DNA of 64,000 nucleotides. Source: Octopus sinensis (Eukaryota). Within the stretch, counting starts at the first letter, position 1, and every line of letters begins with the position of its first letter. Positions 12,421 to 24,760 of the stretch are shown one piece after another. The stretch covers positions 62,310,001 through 62,374,000 of the forward strand of contig NC_042998.1 in the NCBI RefSeq assembly GCF_006345805.1, written 5' to 3'. The notes under the pieces were generated by a model. The model saw only the letters and a list, made by a program, of their open reading frames with translations, had not been told where the DNA came from and did not search any database. Both the position numbers and the translations under genes were made by a program.

Positions 12421-13087
12421 ATTTGTAAAGACAGTTGCATCTTTTAGCAGTATGCTATTTGATATTACAATTTACTTTCTGATATTGATTTCTCCTTGCG
12501 GTGGAATATTTGTGGTGTGTGTGTGTTTCTTTTGCTTTTGGTTTTCGGTTTTATTTTATTTCATTTTATTTTTTTTTTTGCTACTTTCTTTGTGCGCCCC
12601 GCCCATAAATATTGGTGAGCTGGGAGATGGGTGGGTGGATGTTTGAGAGCAGTGTATGTGTATGTATGTATGTGTGTGTGTGTGTGGGGGGGGTTGAGGA
12701 GATTGAGAGAGAGAAAAGGGTGATTGCGCACGTGTGTGTGTGGGTGTGTGTTGAAATGTGGTTCAATCAAATTAGTTTCTGCATTGAAAAAGTTTTTTTT
12801 TTTGTGTTTTCGTGTTTTTTTGTTTGTTTATTTTTTTGTTTTTTATAAAAATTGTTTATTCCTAGGTTTGCCCTTTCTTCCAACCTTTCCCTCCCTCCCT
12901 CCTCTCCACCCGCTAGAATTTGTCGTTTATTTATATATGTATGTATATCATTCAGTATACGTGCATCTATCTATTTATATGGATGCATACATACAAGCTG
13001 GTACAAGCATAGGTATATACAGCCACATAAGCATACATATTGTCGCACAAAGGCACGCACATATATACACTCATATATAGATATATA

Positions 13088-13380
13088 TCATCATCATCAT
13101 CATCATTTAACATCCGCTTTCCATGCTGGCATGGGTTGGGCAGTTTGACTGAGGACTGGCAAACCAGATGGCTGCACCAGGTTCCAATCTCATCTGGCAG
13201 AGTTTCTACAGTTGGATGCCCTTCCTAACGCCAACCATTCTGAGAGTGTAGTGGGTACTTTTTACGTGCCACTGGCATACAGGCCAGTCAGTCGGTACTG
13301 CATTGGCCACACTTGAATGGTGCTTTTTATGTGCCACCAGCACTGGCAACAATCATGCTTGAATGATGCTTTTTACATGT
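13088..13380 (-). mobile_element. Family C element
   Basis: CATCATCATTTAACATCCGCTTTCCATGCTGGCATGGGTTGG.. reverse complement of the family C body. Confidence 0.8.
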
Positions 13381-13720
13381 ATATACATATATATATGTAT
13401 ACATACACACATACACATGCATATTTATATGTATGTAATCATTCCATTGCACTTGCAGTAGTACACAGTTATACATGTACATACACTCACACATACATGC
13501 ACACATGTATATGTATTCATGTATATTTGTATGTGTGTGTCTGTATTTAGCTAACAGCTACAATGACAACTTACAAGTTGAACTTCATAAAAGTCTTACA
13601 TATTTTTATTGTTCCACTCACATTTTCCATGTGGATATGTATGTGTGTGTCACATTCTTTGCTTACCGTCTGCCTTTCCTGTTTTTTTTTGTTTAAATTT
13701 CCACTTTGACATTTACGTAA

Positions 13721-13940
13721 CTCTTTTGTTACTGTATTCATTTTGAGATGCTCTGTGTTTGTTTCAATTACTTTAAATATAACAAAGAATTTAGTAAAAT
13801 AACTTAGTTATCATTAAGCTAGTGTTAGGAACATAAATAGTGACTAAGGTTTGGTGGAAGATTTTAATTCAAAACTTGTGAAAACAAGACATTTGTACTC
13901 AGAGCCAGATCTGGTTTCAGCCGGGTTGGTAATGAAAGGG
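13721..13940. mobile_element. piggyBac-like MITE
   Basis: Right end AATGAAAGGG followed by TTAA; left end (G)TAA-CTCTTTTGTTAC is a degenerate inverted copy. Confidence 0.5.
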
Positions 13941-14451
13941 TTAATGTAGCCAAGTTCACCAATAATTATTGGTAAAAATGTGAATTTGACTTTTGTGTTG
14001 AAAGAAACTGTAGATTGCAAGACAGTTGTTTGTTGAGATTCTTTTTCTCATTAATTTTGAAAGAAATAATCACATCTTCTAAACATCATTAGCTTCACAC
14101 AGTGCTTTTTTGCCCTTTTCTGCCCCAAACAATTATATCTGGCCTCTTACATTTGACAGAAGTTTTGAGAGGAATCTTTTACCAATATACCTTGTGTTGA
14201 TATGAATGGATGTATTCAACAGCAAAAGTCTTTTCTGTATTTATGCCTACGTTGTCTTTTCTATGGATAGCATTGTATATTGCTTTAACAACTACAAAAT
14301 GCCGCATTGGAAAACAGTACACTGGTGACATATTTGGAGGCTGCTGCCAATCAAATATGTAATATTTTCCAGAGAAAATGCAACGGAAACAATATTGGGA
14401 GGTGAAATTTAAGGGCTTCTCTGTCCCTTTTGTTTGTTAAGTATTTTGCAG

Positions 14452-14683
14452 GCAGCTCTTACTCATGCATTGTGAAAGCATAAATCATGAAATGTTATGT
14501 GATGTAATGGTCACAAGCCAAAGTGAGGTTGCACTTCCTTCCAATGTTAGCAGCATCCCTAGATTTACAGGATTTATGCCTGTGTATAACCATTTTTGCG
14601 ACGTAGAATTTTTTTTCCTGCGGGTTCTTTTTTTGAGTTCTCTAATCCAGCAGTGCTTGAGTTACATGGAATATCATTGGAAA
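14452..14683 (+). CDS. Candidate internal coding exon of an unidentified host gene
   Basis: Acceptor TATTTTGCAG|G, open non-repetitive frame QLLLMHCESINHEMLCDV...CLSYMEYHWK, donor AAA|GTAAGT. Confidence 0.5.
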
Positions 14684-14691
14684 GTAAGTCA

Positions 14692-14880
14692 TTTGGTGGC
14701 ACATAAAAAGCACCCACAACACTCTTGGAGTGGTTGGCGTTAGGAAGGGTATCCAGCTGTAGAAGCATTGCCAGATCAGATTGGAGCCTAGTGCTACCTC
14801 CTGGCTTGCCCGTTCCCAGTCAAACCGTCCAACCCATGCCAGCATGGAAAGCAGACGTAAACGATGATGATGATGATATA
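14692..14880 (+). mobile_element. Family C element
   Basis: GGTGGCACATAAAAAGCACCCAC..GGAAGGGTATCCAGCTGTAG..GTAAACGATGATG. Confidence 0.8.
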
Positions 14881-15986
14881 TATATACACGCATATCGTCA
14901 TCATCATCATCATAATCATGTAATGTCTTGTCCATGTTGGCATGGGTTATACAGTTTAACCAGAGCTGGTAAGTTGAAGGGCTGCATCAGACTCCAGTCT
15001 GATTTGGCATGGGTCTTATGGCTGGATATAATATATACATGCACACACATATATATACACACATACACACACATATATATGTTTATATGTATATACATAG
15101 ACATACACACACACATATGCACATGAATTTCTCTTTTTCTTGATGGCACCTCATAAAAAGCACTGGTGATGGTGCCAATGTAAAAACGGTTAGTACACTC
15201 CGCAAAGTGGTTGGTATTAGGAAAGTCATTCAGCCATTGAAACCATACCAAAACAGACAATGAGGTCTGGTGCAGCCCCAAGCCATCCCAGCTCCTGCCA
15301 GACTGTCTGACCCATGCCAGCATTGAAAACAAATGTTAAATGATGATGATGACAATGACCGACAGACACACACACCACAAATTAGTTATGGGACCGAATA
15401 GAACACAGACACATCAGTAAAATTCTATTGAAACAGCAGGGAAGTGTATATGTCAGTGGGTGGGGTGTTGCTACATCTACCATTTGTTGGTGATTCCCTA
15501 CTCATGGTGGACGACTGCTTTGTGCCACTCAGGTGACAACCGGCCAATCTATGGGTCTGTGTTTTGGGTAGTTGTTGCTGGTGATGGTTTTACGAGGTCA
15601 GAATGTGAATCTAACCTCAGCCTCTTTTAGTCAGTTCTTGCAGCACACAAAGGAAACGTTGGGTCTGTTCTTTCGACATGCTACTCTCCACAGCAATGTC
15701 TGTCATATTCAATTAATTAATTGTAATGTCTCTCTCTCTGTTTATATGTGTGACTATATTTCTCTATGTGTAATAAAGGGAAGGAAACCTGATTATTTCA
15801 GTCATATTCAATTAATAAATTTTTCTATTTCTCTTTCTCTTTCCCCTGTTCTGTTTATGTGTGTGAGCATGTAGTTGTGTTTATATGTGTAATGGCACTC
15901 TCTTTCTCTCTCTCTCTCACTGCATATGTGTTTGAGGAGATGGAAGGTGTTTATGTCGTTTGTTTTCAACGAATGTATTGCAATGC

Positions 15987-16034
<48 letters not shown>

Positions 16035-16496
16035 ACTCTCTCTGCGTATATTTCTTTGTATCTGTGTATGTATTTGCTGCCAGTGCCGAAAAGCACTGCC
16101 CACAAAACAAACTCAGTGTCCAGTCAGCTGTGCTGAATCATAAATGTCCAAAGCACTGCCCCGAATTGTCTCATTTCAAAGAAAGTGGGCCTCGTTTGAC
16201 AGATGGCATTGAGGAAGCAATGAGGGCTTTTATCAATCGGAATGATCAATAGCAAAACAGAAATCACCTCATCATCAACTCGTTCCACTCCACTTCACTT
16301 GACTGCAACCGCTCTTCCACTCCTGATAATCCAGTGAGATTTGGATCAAAAAGGATGAGCAGAAGATGCAGTTGCAGCAGTAGCAGCAGCCAAATACTGT
16401 AAAATATTCTCTAGACTCCATCATTCTTTCATTTCAACCTCATCATTTCCTCTCCTGCACCTCCAACTCAAATCACCCCAACACCACTAAATACCG

Positions 16497-17135
16497 ATTT
16501 CAAATTTTAGTACAAGGCCAGCAATTTTGAGAAAAGGGATGAGTGAGTCAGTAACATCGACCCTGAAAGGATGAAAAGCAAATTGACCTCAGTGGAATTT
16601 GAACTCAGAATGTAACGACAGATGCCATGCTGCTAAGCATTTTGACTGGCATGCTAACAATTCTGCCAACAAATATTTCTTTCTTTCTTTCTTGCCCACA
16701 GGGGGCTAAACCTAGAGGGGACAAACAAGGACAGATAAAGAGATTGAGTTGATTACATCAACTCCAGTGTGTAACTGGTACTTATTTAATTGACCCTGAA
16801 AGGATGAAAGGCAAAGTCAACCTCAGTGGAATTTGAACTCAGAACATAACAGCTGACAAAATACCACTAAACACTTTGCCCATTATGCTGACATTTCTGC
16901 CAGCTCACTGCCTTAAAGCCAGCAAATATTCTTTTCTACTCTAGGCAGAAGGCCAGAAATCTTTTGGAGTGGGGGCCTGTCGATTAAATCAACTCCAGTA
17001 TGCAACTGGTACTTAATTTACCGACCCTGAAAGGATGAAAGGTAAAGTCGACCTTGGCGGAATTTAAACTCAGAATGTAAAGGCAGACGAAATACCGCCA
17101 AGCATTTTGCCCTGCATGCTACCATTTCTGCCAAC
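16497..17135 (-). mobile_element. Cluster of SINE family B units
   Basis: Repeated GACCCTGAAAGGATGAAAGGCAAAGTC..GAATTTGAACTCAGAA. Confidence 0.8.
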
Positions 17136-17145
17136 AAATACTCTT

Positions 17146-17545
17146 TACTGTTTTACTTGTTTCAGTCATTTGACTGCAGCCAATCTGGAGCACCGCCTTT
17201 ATAGTTGAGCAAATTGATCCCAGAGCTTATTTTTGTAAGCCCAGTACTTATTCTATCGATCTGTTTTGCTGAACTGCTAAGTTATGGGGACATAAACACA
17301 CCAGCATTGGTTGTCATGCGTTGCTGGCTGGACAAGCATACACACACACACATATACATATATATATGCATATATACATATACGACGGGCTTCTTCCAGT
17401 TTCCATCTACCAAATCCACTCACAAGTCTTTGGTTGGCCTGAGGTTATAGTAGAAGACACTTGCCCAAGGTGCCATGCAGTGGGACTGAACCTGGGACCA
17501 TGTGGTTGGTAAGCAAGCTACTTACCACACAACCACTCCTGCGCT
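17146..17545 (-). mobile_element. SINE family A copy
   Basis: Reverse complement of the full family A consensus. Confidence 0.85.
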
Positions 17546-17939
17546 TATAATATTAAAAAAAAAAATAGAAACACAAAATAATTTTCTAATTTCATATTAA
17601 TGAACCAGCCAAATAAACAAAGAAATATTAAATTAAATGAAATATCAACATGGACAGGATTCAATTCTATTTTATATATTTGTTCCCCCCCTCCATAAAA
17701 ACTAAAGCGATTTTTAATGATTTTGTCTTTTTGTTTATTCATGCTGGAGTTTATATTGCTTCTGTTGTGGTTTTTCACTTAAATAATTCCACTGTTTACA
17801 TTGTCATCAATGAAGGGGTGCAACTTTATTGTATTAGCAAAACAAACAAACACACACACATGCGCGCACACACACACACACACATGCACGCACATGCACA
17901 CAAAGGCACAGGCATGACTGTGTTGCTAAGAAACTAAGT

Positions 17940-18360
17940 GCAGACGTGGCTGTGTGGTTAAAAAATTTGCTTTGCAACCATGTAGTTTCAGGTTCAGTCC
18001 TCCTGCACAACCCTTGGGCAAGCGTCTTCTACTACAGCTGCAGGTCAACCAGTGCCTTGTGAGTGAATTTGGTAGACACCTGTCCAACCCATGCCAGCAT
18101 AGACAAACAAACGTTAATTGATGGTGATGATGTATGTCTACTTATGTATGTCGCTGTGTTAGTGCCAGTCACCCCCTTGACACTGCTTGACGACCAGTGT
18201 TGGTTTGTTTATGTCTCCGTAACTGAATGGTTCAGCAAGTGAGACAATGGAATAAGTATCAGACTTGGAAAGAAGGGGCCGAGGTTGATTTGTGCAACTA
18301 AAACCCTTCAAGGTGTTGCCTCGGTATGGCTGCCATCCAATGAGTGAAACAAGTATAAGT
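17940..18360 (+). mobile_element. SINE family A-related copy (diverged, composite)
   Basis: GTGGCTGTGTGGTTAA head; CAGCATGG-like tail ..GAAACAAGTA. Confidence 0.65.
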
Positions 18361-18939
18361 TATATATTAAAAAAAAAAATATGGCTGTTGAAAGGATGTT
18401 GTTGATGATGATGATGATGATGATGTTGATAATGGTGCCATTTATATTGTTTTGTGTCCTGGTTTATACCAATATTAATTCAGATTTTAAATTGCTCTTC
18501 AAGAAGATATTTAGACCTTTCGGGTTAGATAAATTAAGTACCAGTTGTGTATTGGGGTTGATCTAATCAACTGGACCCCTCCCCACAAAAACGCATAGGT
18601 AATGATTTCAGATTTTGCCACAAGGCCACCAATTTTGGGAGAGTGGGTAAGTCGATTACATTGACCCCGGTGTTCAACTGGTACTTTATTTTAATCGACC
18701 CCAAAAGGCTGAAAGGCAAATGAACATGGATGAAATGCTGTTAAACATTTTGCCTGGTGTGCTAACAATTCAGCCAACTCATCACCTTAAGATAATCTAC
18801 TATAATAATACTCTTGTGTTTTTCTCTGTCACAACATATGAATGAGAAAGGAAGGGGTGATAGGTGAATAAGAAAGGAAGGAAGGGTCGATGGCAAACAT
18901 GGTAGTGGGAGCATTTCAACTCTGTGTGAGTATGTGTCA

Positions 18940-19352
18940 TCATCATCATCATTTAGCATCCGCTTGCCATGGGTTGGACGATTTGACTGAGGTCTGGCAA
19001 ACCAGATGGCTGCACCAGGCTCCAATCTGATCTGGCAGAGTTTCTACAGCTGGATGCCCCTCCTAATGCCAACTACTCCAAGAGTGTAGTGGGTGCTTTT
19101 ACATGTCACTGGCACGAGGGCCAGTCAGGCGGTACTGGCAGCGGCCATGCTCAAATGGTGTCTTTTACATGCCACCTGCACCGGAGCCAGTCCAACGGCA
19201 CTGGCAACAACCTCGCTCGAATGTTTTTTTCACGTGCCAGTAAGGCGACGCTGGTAATGATCATGCTCGAATGGTGCTTTTTACATGCCACCGGCACGGT
19301 AACGATCACGCTCGAATGGTGCTCTTAGCACTCCACTAGCATGGATGCCAGG
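18940..19352 (-). mobile_element. Family C element with heterogeneous repeat array
   Basis: Body at 18940-19100; units sharing GCTCGAATGGTGCTTTTTACATGCCAC at 19095-19345. Confidence 0.8.
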
Positions 19353-19812
19353 TATGTAAAAGGGAGGGATGTGAATGTTTTATGTGCATGTGATATAAAC
19401 ACACCTCCACAAGTAGTCAAGCAATGGTGGGGGACACACATACACTCAAAAACACAAAGACACAAAGAAAGACACATACACACACACACATGTAACTAGC
19501 TTCTTTCAGTTTCCACCTACAAAATCCTCTTACGAGTTTTGTGTGACCTGAGGCTATCGTAGAAGACACTTGCCCAAGGTTTCATGCAATGAGACTAAAC
19601 CTAGGACCATGTGGTTGGGAAACGAGATTCTTACCACACAGCCATGCCATGTTTATTCATACATATACATATATTTATATAAACAGCTTCTTTTTTTTCA
19701 AGCATATTATATTATAAAGCAAACCTACGTCCAACTTTGATATTTTGTATCAGTTATATTTTTGCGTATTTCTTTATTAGTCCTTTGTGTTTTGTTTGGA
19801 ATTACTTTATAG

Positions 19813-19913
19813 TAATTTTCCACAATCCATTAGTGTGTTGCTATTTCAAGAACTTCACAGTCTCATTTTCAAAGTGAAGTACTTGTTAATGGCAATTGTC
19901 CACGCATTTTGCA
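19813..19913 (+). CDS. Candidate internal coding exon
   Basis: TTACTTTATAG| acceptor, frame NFPQSISVLLFQELHSLIFKVKYLLMAIVHAFC, donor A|GTAAGT. Confidence 0.3.
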
Positions 19914-20149
19914 GTAAGTTATAAAGGGTCTTGGGAATAATTTTATAACTGATAAAATCATTAACACTGGATTTAAAATTATACAACAGTAATTTCTGGA
20001 AATGGTTTTATAAATGGTAGAATCAGCTATGCTGGATTTACAGTTGCACCACAGTAATTCTTGGAAATAATTTTATCATAGAGAAAATCACCAACATCAC
20101 ATTTAAATTTACATAAACTCTATGTCCTTGTAGATTTCTTGATATCATG

Positions 20150-20188
<39 letters not shown>

Positions 20189-20295
20189 TATATTCATATA
20201 TATATATATACATACATATATATATATACATATATATACACACATATATATATATATATATGTATGTATATATATATATTATATATATATATATG

Positions 20296-20381
<86 letters not shown>

Positions 20382-20398
20382 TATATATATATATATAT

Positions 20399-20455
<57 letters not shown>

Positions 20456-20498
20456 GTATATATATATATGTATATATATATATATAGTATATATATCG

Positions 20499-20531
<33 letters not shown>

Positions 20532-20543
20532 ATATATATATAG

Positions 20544-20615
<72 letters not shown>
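20150..20615. repeat. About 470-bp (TA)n tract
   Basis: Directly visible. Confidence 0.95.
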
Positions 20616-20617
<2 letters not shown>

Positions 20618-20965
20618 TGTGTGATGCGTTTAATTTAAGTTTGAGTTTATTTGCTTGTAAAGCTTCCATAGTTATTCAGATCATATATTTTTATCATGGA
20701 ATTTGCTGCTAAGAGCCATTGGAACTCATTATAATGCAGTACGCACAATATAATTGGATAGAAAGAAAGAAAACAAAAAAGCCATGAGATGGCAGCACTA
20801 CAGTTTTATATAGAATTCACGATTTTCATTTTCTATTAATACACTTCCCACTCTTTACATGTTGATATTGATACACTGTACTGTGGGGACCATCTTAGCT
20901 ATGTCAATGCAAAGTCACTTAATGTATGTACAGACAATATATATGTGTGTGTGTATGTGTGTGTG

Positions 20966-21225
20966 AAAGTGCATGGCTTAGTGGTTAAGGTGTTGCACTC
21001 GCGATTGCGAGATCGTGGGTTCGATTCCTAGACTGGGCATTGCGTTGTGTTCTTGAGCAAAGTACTTAATTTTGTGTTGCTCTGCGATCATTTCGACATC
21101 TGACATATGTCACCTGTTGCACCTGTACAGGTAATGTCGATTTGATGGTGGGGGTGAGCTTATGTGTACACAAGCATTTGATCACTATAAACAAGTCATC
21201 TGTGTGGTTGTTTGATAAGAAATTG
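20966..21225 (+). mobile_element. tRNA-derived SINE (V-domain-like body)
   Basis: TGGCTTAGTGGTTAAGGTGTTGCACTCGCG..GGGTTCGATTCC; GTGTTCTTGAGCAAAGTACTT. Confidence 0.7.
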
Positions 21226-21226
21226 T

Positions 21227-21415
21227 CTTTGAGGGCATTTGAAAGGCAGGGCGTATAACTAAAAGATATGAAACATAAATCATTTGAAGGAATGCATCAC
21301 CAACTCCTTTGCACATGTATCACCAGATGTGGCATTACGAGTTCACAAGGAGTGGGGTAAACGTCTTGCACTGTGTGTTCAAAACAATGGTAGCCATATA
21401 GAGCCTGTTAAATAA
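21227..21415 (+). mobile_element. Tc1/mariner transposase C-terminal remnant
   Basis: L*GHLKGRAYN*KI*NINHLKECITNSFAHVSPDVALRVHKEWGKRLALCVQNNGSHIEPVK* matches the LWGxLKxxVY...GxHFE pattern. Confidence 0.65.
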
Positions 21416-21658
21416 AAAAAAGAACTGTTCTTGTAAAAAGATAAATCGTTCTTATGTATGGCGACTTTTGAATCACTCTGTGTGTGTGTATATATATATA
21501 TATATACAAAAAGCAATAAAGATTCAAGTTAATTTAAATGAATTTACTTGAATATGGTACCTAACTTAGATGCACCAAAAAAAAAAAACTATACTGTTTT
21601 AACAATACAGTAATGTGGGGTGATTATAAGCGAGAAAGAAGCACAAGAATGGATAGGT

Positions 21659-21746
21659 TTTTGTACAATCGTTTCATACAAGGACAGGCTTTATAAAAGT
21701 TGTAAAAATTACAGCATATAAACGTGTCCCGTACTCATCAGCTAAA
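21659..21746 (-). ncRNA. Type I hammerhead ribozyme motif (left arm)
   Basis: TTTAG-CTGATGA-GTAC..GTAT-GAAA-CGATTG-TA-CAAAA (stem I weakened by a 1-nt deletion). Confidence 0.7.
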
Positions 21747-22368
21747 ATACATGTAAGTTCTCTAGACATCCTAGTGGTTGAGGCTATACTCATGAAGTAA
21801 TGTAGATAATTAAGTAACATAACAGATTTCCAAAGTTCATTAAGTTCTTTAAAGATGATGTACAGTCTTATCACAGAATTTTAAAAAAGTTCTAATAGCA
21901 TCACAGAGAAGGTGACCTAATCCATAGAGCACATATGAATTTCCAGAGATATGATGAGGGATTACATACTCACAGAAGACAAATTTATCCATTGTTAATC
22001 ACAACGAGGTGGGTCTCATTCCTGCTTATTAGCATTACAGAGAGGGTGAATTAATCCTTTATAGATGCACAATTTCCAATGGTGTAGATGTAAGTTTCCA
22101 GAGAAATGAAGAGGAATTTCATATTCACAGGCGATAAATTTATCAATGGTTGAACACAATGAGGTAGGTATCAATTCTTGTTATATGATTAGGTATTTGC
22201 CACATTAATCACATTACTGCTATTTACAAGAGGCTGTAGCTATTTAACTGTACATCATCTTTAAAGAACTTTAATGAACTTTGGAAATCTGTTTATGTTA
22301 CTTAATTATCTACATTACTTCATGAGTATAGCCTCAACCACTAGGATGTCTAGAGAACTTACATGTAT

Positions 22369-22457
22369 TTTAGCTGATGAGTACGGGACACGTTTATATG
22401 CTGTAATTTTTACAACTTTTAATAAAGCCTGTCCTTGTATGAAACGATTGTACTAAA
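22369..22457 (+). ncRNA. Type I hammerhead ribozyme motif (right arm, intact core)
   Basis: TTTAG-CTGATGA-GTACGGGACA..(long hairpin)..TGTCCTTGTAT-GAAA-CGATTG-TA-CTAAA. Confidence 0.85.
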
Positions 22458-22487
22458 AACCTATCCATTCTTGTTGCTTCTTTCTCG

Positions 22488-22534
<47 letters not shown>

Positions 22535-23420
22535 TCATGTTAATTGTAAACGGTGAGAATGAGTACTCACCACTGCATAAGTGGATAAATATTTTCAGAT
22601 CTTTGTGGGTTTTGTCACTGTTTACAGTTATCTTTAAAAAGAATTTCTAATGTATCATATAGATGTAAGTTTTGATGCTGAATCCGAATTTGTTATTGAT
22701 TTACTCCAGAAAAATTTTGCAAAAATGTTACAGGTATTCAAAGGATGATAATTTTTTAGAATTTTCAGCTAATCAGCAAACAGCACATTCGCTGCCTCTC
22801 CCATCATCAGGGGTGGGGACAGGGGGCATCAGTATGTTAAAACATTGCTCCTTCCCTTGTTCATGCACACACACACAAACACACACACACATACACATAT
22901 TCTCAGAGTTGAAACGCTGTTTGATTTTTTTCTCTTCAGCGTTGAATGTTCACCATCTCACTTCTGTTGCACACACACATACACACACACACACACACAC
23001 AAACATTCACATCCCTCCCTTTTACATACACACACATTCTCACACAGAGTTGAAAAGCTCCCACTACCATCACCCCTTCCTTCCTTATTCATCTATCACC
23101 CCTTCCTTTCTCATTCATATGTCGTGACAAAGAAAAACAGAAGAGTATTATACTAGTAAGAAGACTATCTTTCTCATATCTCCTTCTCCTCCTTGTGCAC
23201 ATGCGCAGCATCTTTTATTACTATGGAAACAGCTTTGCGCCACAATAATGTGTAAAATACTCGCTTCTGATTGGCTAAAATACCCAAAATTTGCAAATTT
23301 TAAAAGCTAATAACTTTTTAATTATGGACTTATAGAAAACTGAATTTTATTTCCATAATTAGTATACAAAACTTAATCTATATACCAAATTTGAAAACAA
23401 TTGCAATAAATTGTAGACAG

Positions 23421-23815
23421 TAGGTGCAGGAGTGGCTGTGTGGTAAGTAGCTTGCTTTCCAACCACATGGTTCCAAGTTCAGTCCCACTGCGTGGCACCT
23501 TGGGCAAAGCCTTGGGCCAACCAAAGCCTTGTGAGTGGATTTGGTAGACGGAAACTGAAAGAAGCCTGTCATATATATGTATGTATATATATATGAATGT
23601 GTATATGTTATGTATCTGTGTTTGTTTCCCAACATCGCTTGACAACCGATGCTGGTGTGTTTACATCACCGTAACTTAGCAGTTCGGCAAAAGAAACTGA
23701 TAGAATAAGTACTAGGTTTACAAAGAATAAGTCCTGGGGTCGATTTGTTTGACTAAAGGAGGTGCTCCAGCATGGCCGCAGTCAGATGACTGAAACAAGT
23801 AAAAGAAAATAAAAT
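23421..23815 (+). mobile_element. SINE family A copy
   Basis: Full head and tail. Confidence 0.85.
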
Positions 23816-24004
23816 AAAAAAAATAAAAGCAAAGTAACGAAAGCCACAAACATCCCTATTTTCTTTATTTGTAGATTTTCAATGGTAACAATATTGAGAC
23901 AGATTACCATCATTTTTTTAAAAGTGGAACACTTGTAATTTGTGAACTATAATGCATGAACATTATTTACATTTGACGGATATTTGTCCTCATCTTGTTT
24001 ATTG

Positions 24005-24056
24005 TTAACAGAAGGTTTCGGTGGCTGATGTACTCTCCAGCGTTCATCAGGTGTCC
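24005..24056 (-). ncRNA. Degenerate hammerhead motif (left arm)
   Basis: GGACAC-CTGATGA-ACGCTG..CAGCCACC-GAAA-CCTTC-TGTT; stems II and III damaged. Confidence 0.45.
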
Positions 24057-24401
24057 TAGGGGAATTAAAATATTAGACAGAGAATACCACTAGAAAATAT
24101 GAAAACTAAAAGAGGTAGCACATATGCTAGGACATAATAACCTCTTAAGCAGACCAAGTGCAGATATGAGTAGCATATGGAAACCGGTATTTAGGAAGTA
24201 TAGAAAAATAGATTTATGAGCCCTAAAATTCACTCCATAATTGCCCACGGGCATATGGTGTCGTGCTTAAGAGCACGGGCTACTAATTCCAAGATCCTGA
24301 GTTCAATTTCAGGCAGTGACCTGAATAATAATAATAATAGTAATAATAATAACATCGGGAAAATACCTTAGGAACGAGAACTCAGGTTTGAAATTCCCCT
24401 T

Positions 24402-24448
24402 GGACACCTGATGAAGGCTGGAGAGTACATCAGCTGAAACATTGTGTT
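24402..24448 (+). ncRNA. Minimal type I hammerhead motif (right arm)
   Basis: GGACAC-CTGATGA-AGGCTG..CAGCT-GAAACAT-T-GTGTT; stem III ACAT is probably a mutated ACGT palindrome. Confidence 0.6.
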
Positions 24449-24760
24449 AACAACAAACAAGATGAGGACAAATATCTGTCAAATGTAAATAATGTAAATA
24501 ATTTACAGAATTCCTCAGCTTTCAAATATAGAACTGTATAATGCATGAAGCGTAAGATAATGTTGAAAATCCGCAATTAAAGAATATTTTAAGCTATTAA
24601 AGAATATCTGTATATAATGTGTTTATATCATATGTGTGTGTGTATTATATATTTAGTTGTATATTTTTATTCTTTTATGCATTTCAGCCCGGTGGCTGTG
24701 GTCATGCTGGAGCACCATTTGTGTTTCAAATTGTTAATTTCAGTTTTTGTCTCTTTCCAG

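Larger units (their letters stand above)
21623..22493. mobile_element. PLE-type inverted repeat: about 245-bp arms (21623-21867 / 22247-22493), each with a hammerhead
   Basis: Arms are near-identical reverse complements differing by a few 1-nt indels. Confidence 0.85.
23958..24495 (+). mobile_element. 5'-truncated Penelope/Poseidon-like PLE remnant: inverted pLTR + GIY-YIG C-terminus + pLTR
   Basis: Arms 23958-24066 / 24392-24495; spacer from about 24065 reads IKILDREYH*KI*KLKEVAHMLGHNNLLSRPSADMSSIWKPVFRKYRKIDL* (stops could derive from TGG and CGA). Confidence 0.7.

Noticed and set aside
16087-16252. ORF tail AEKHCPQ..KCPKHCPE..INRNDQ as an exon
   Set aside because: Weak splice signals, phase does not fit neighbouring candidate exons, no recognisable homology
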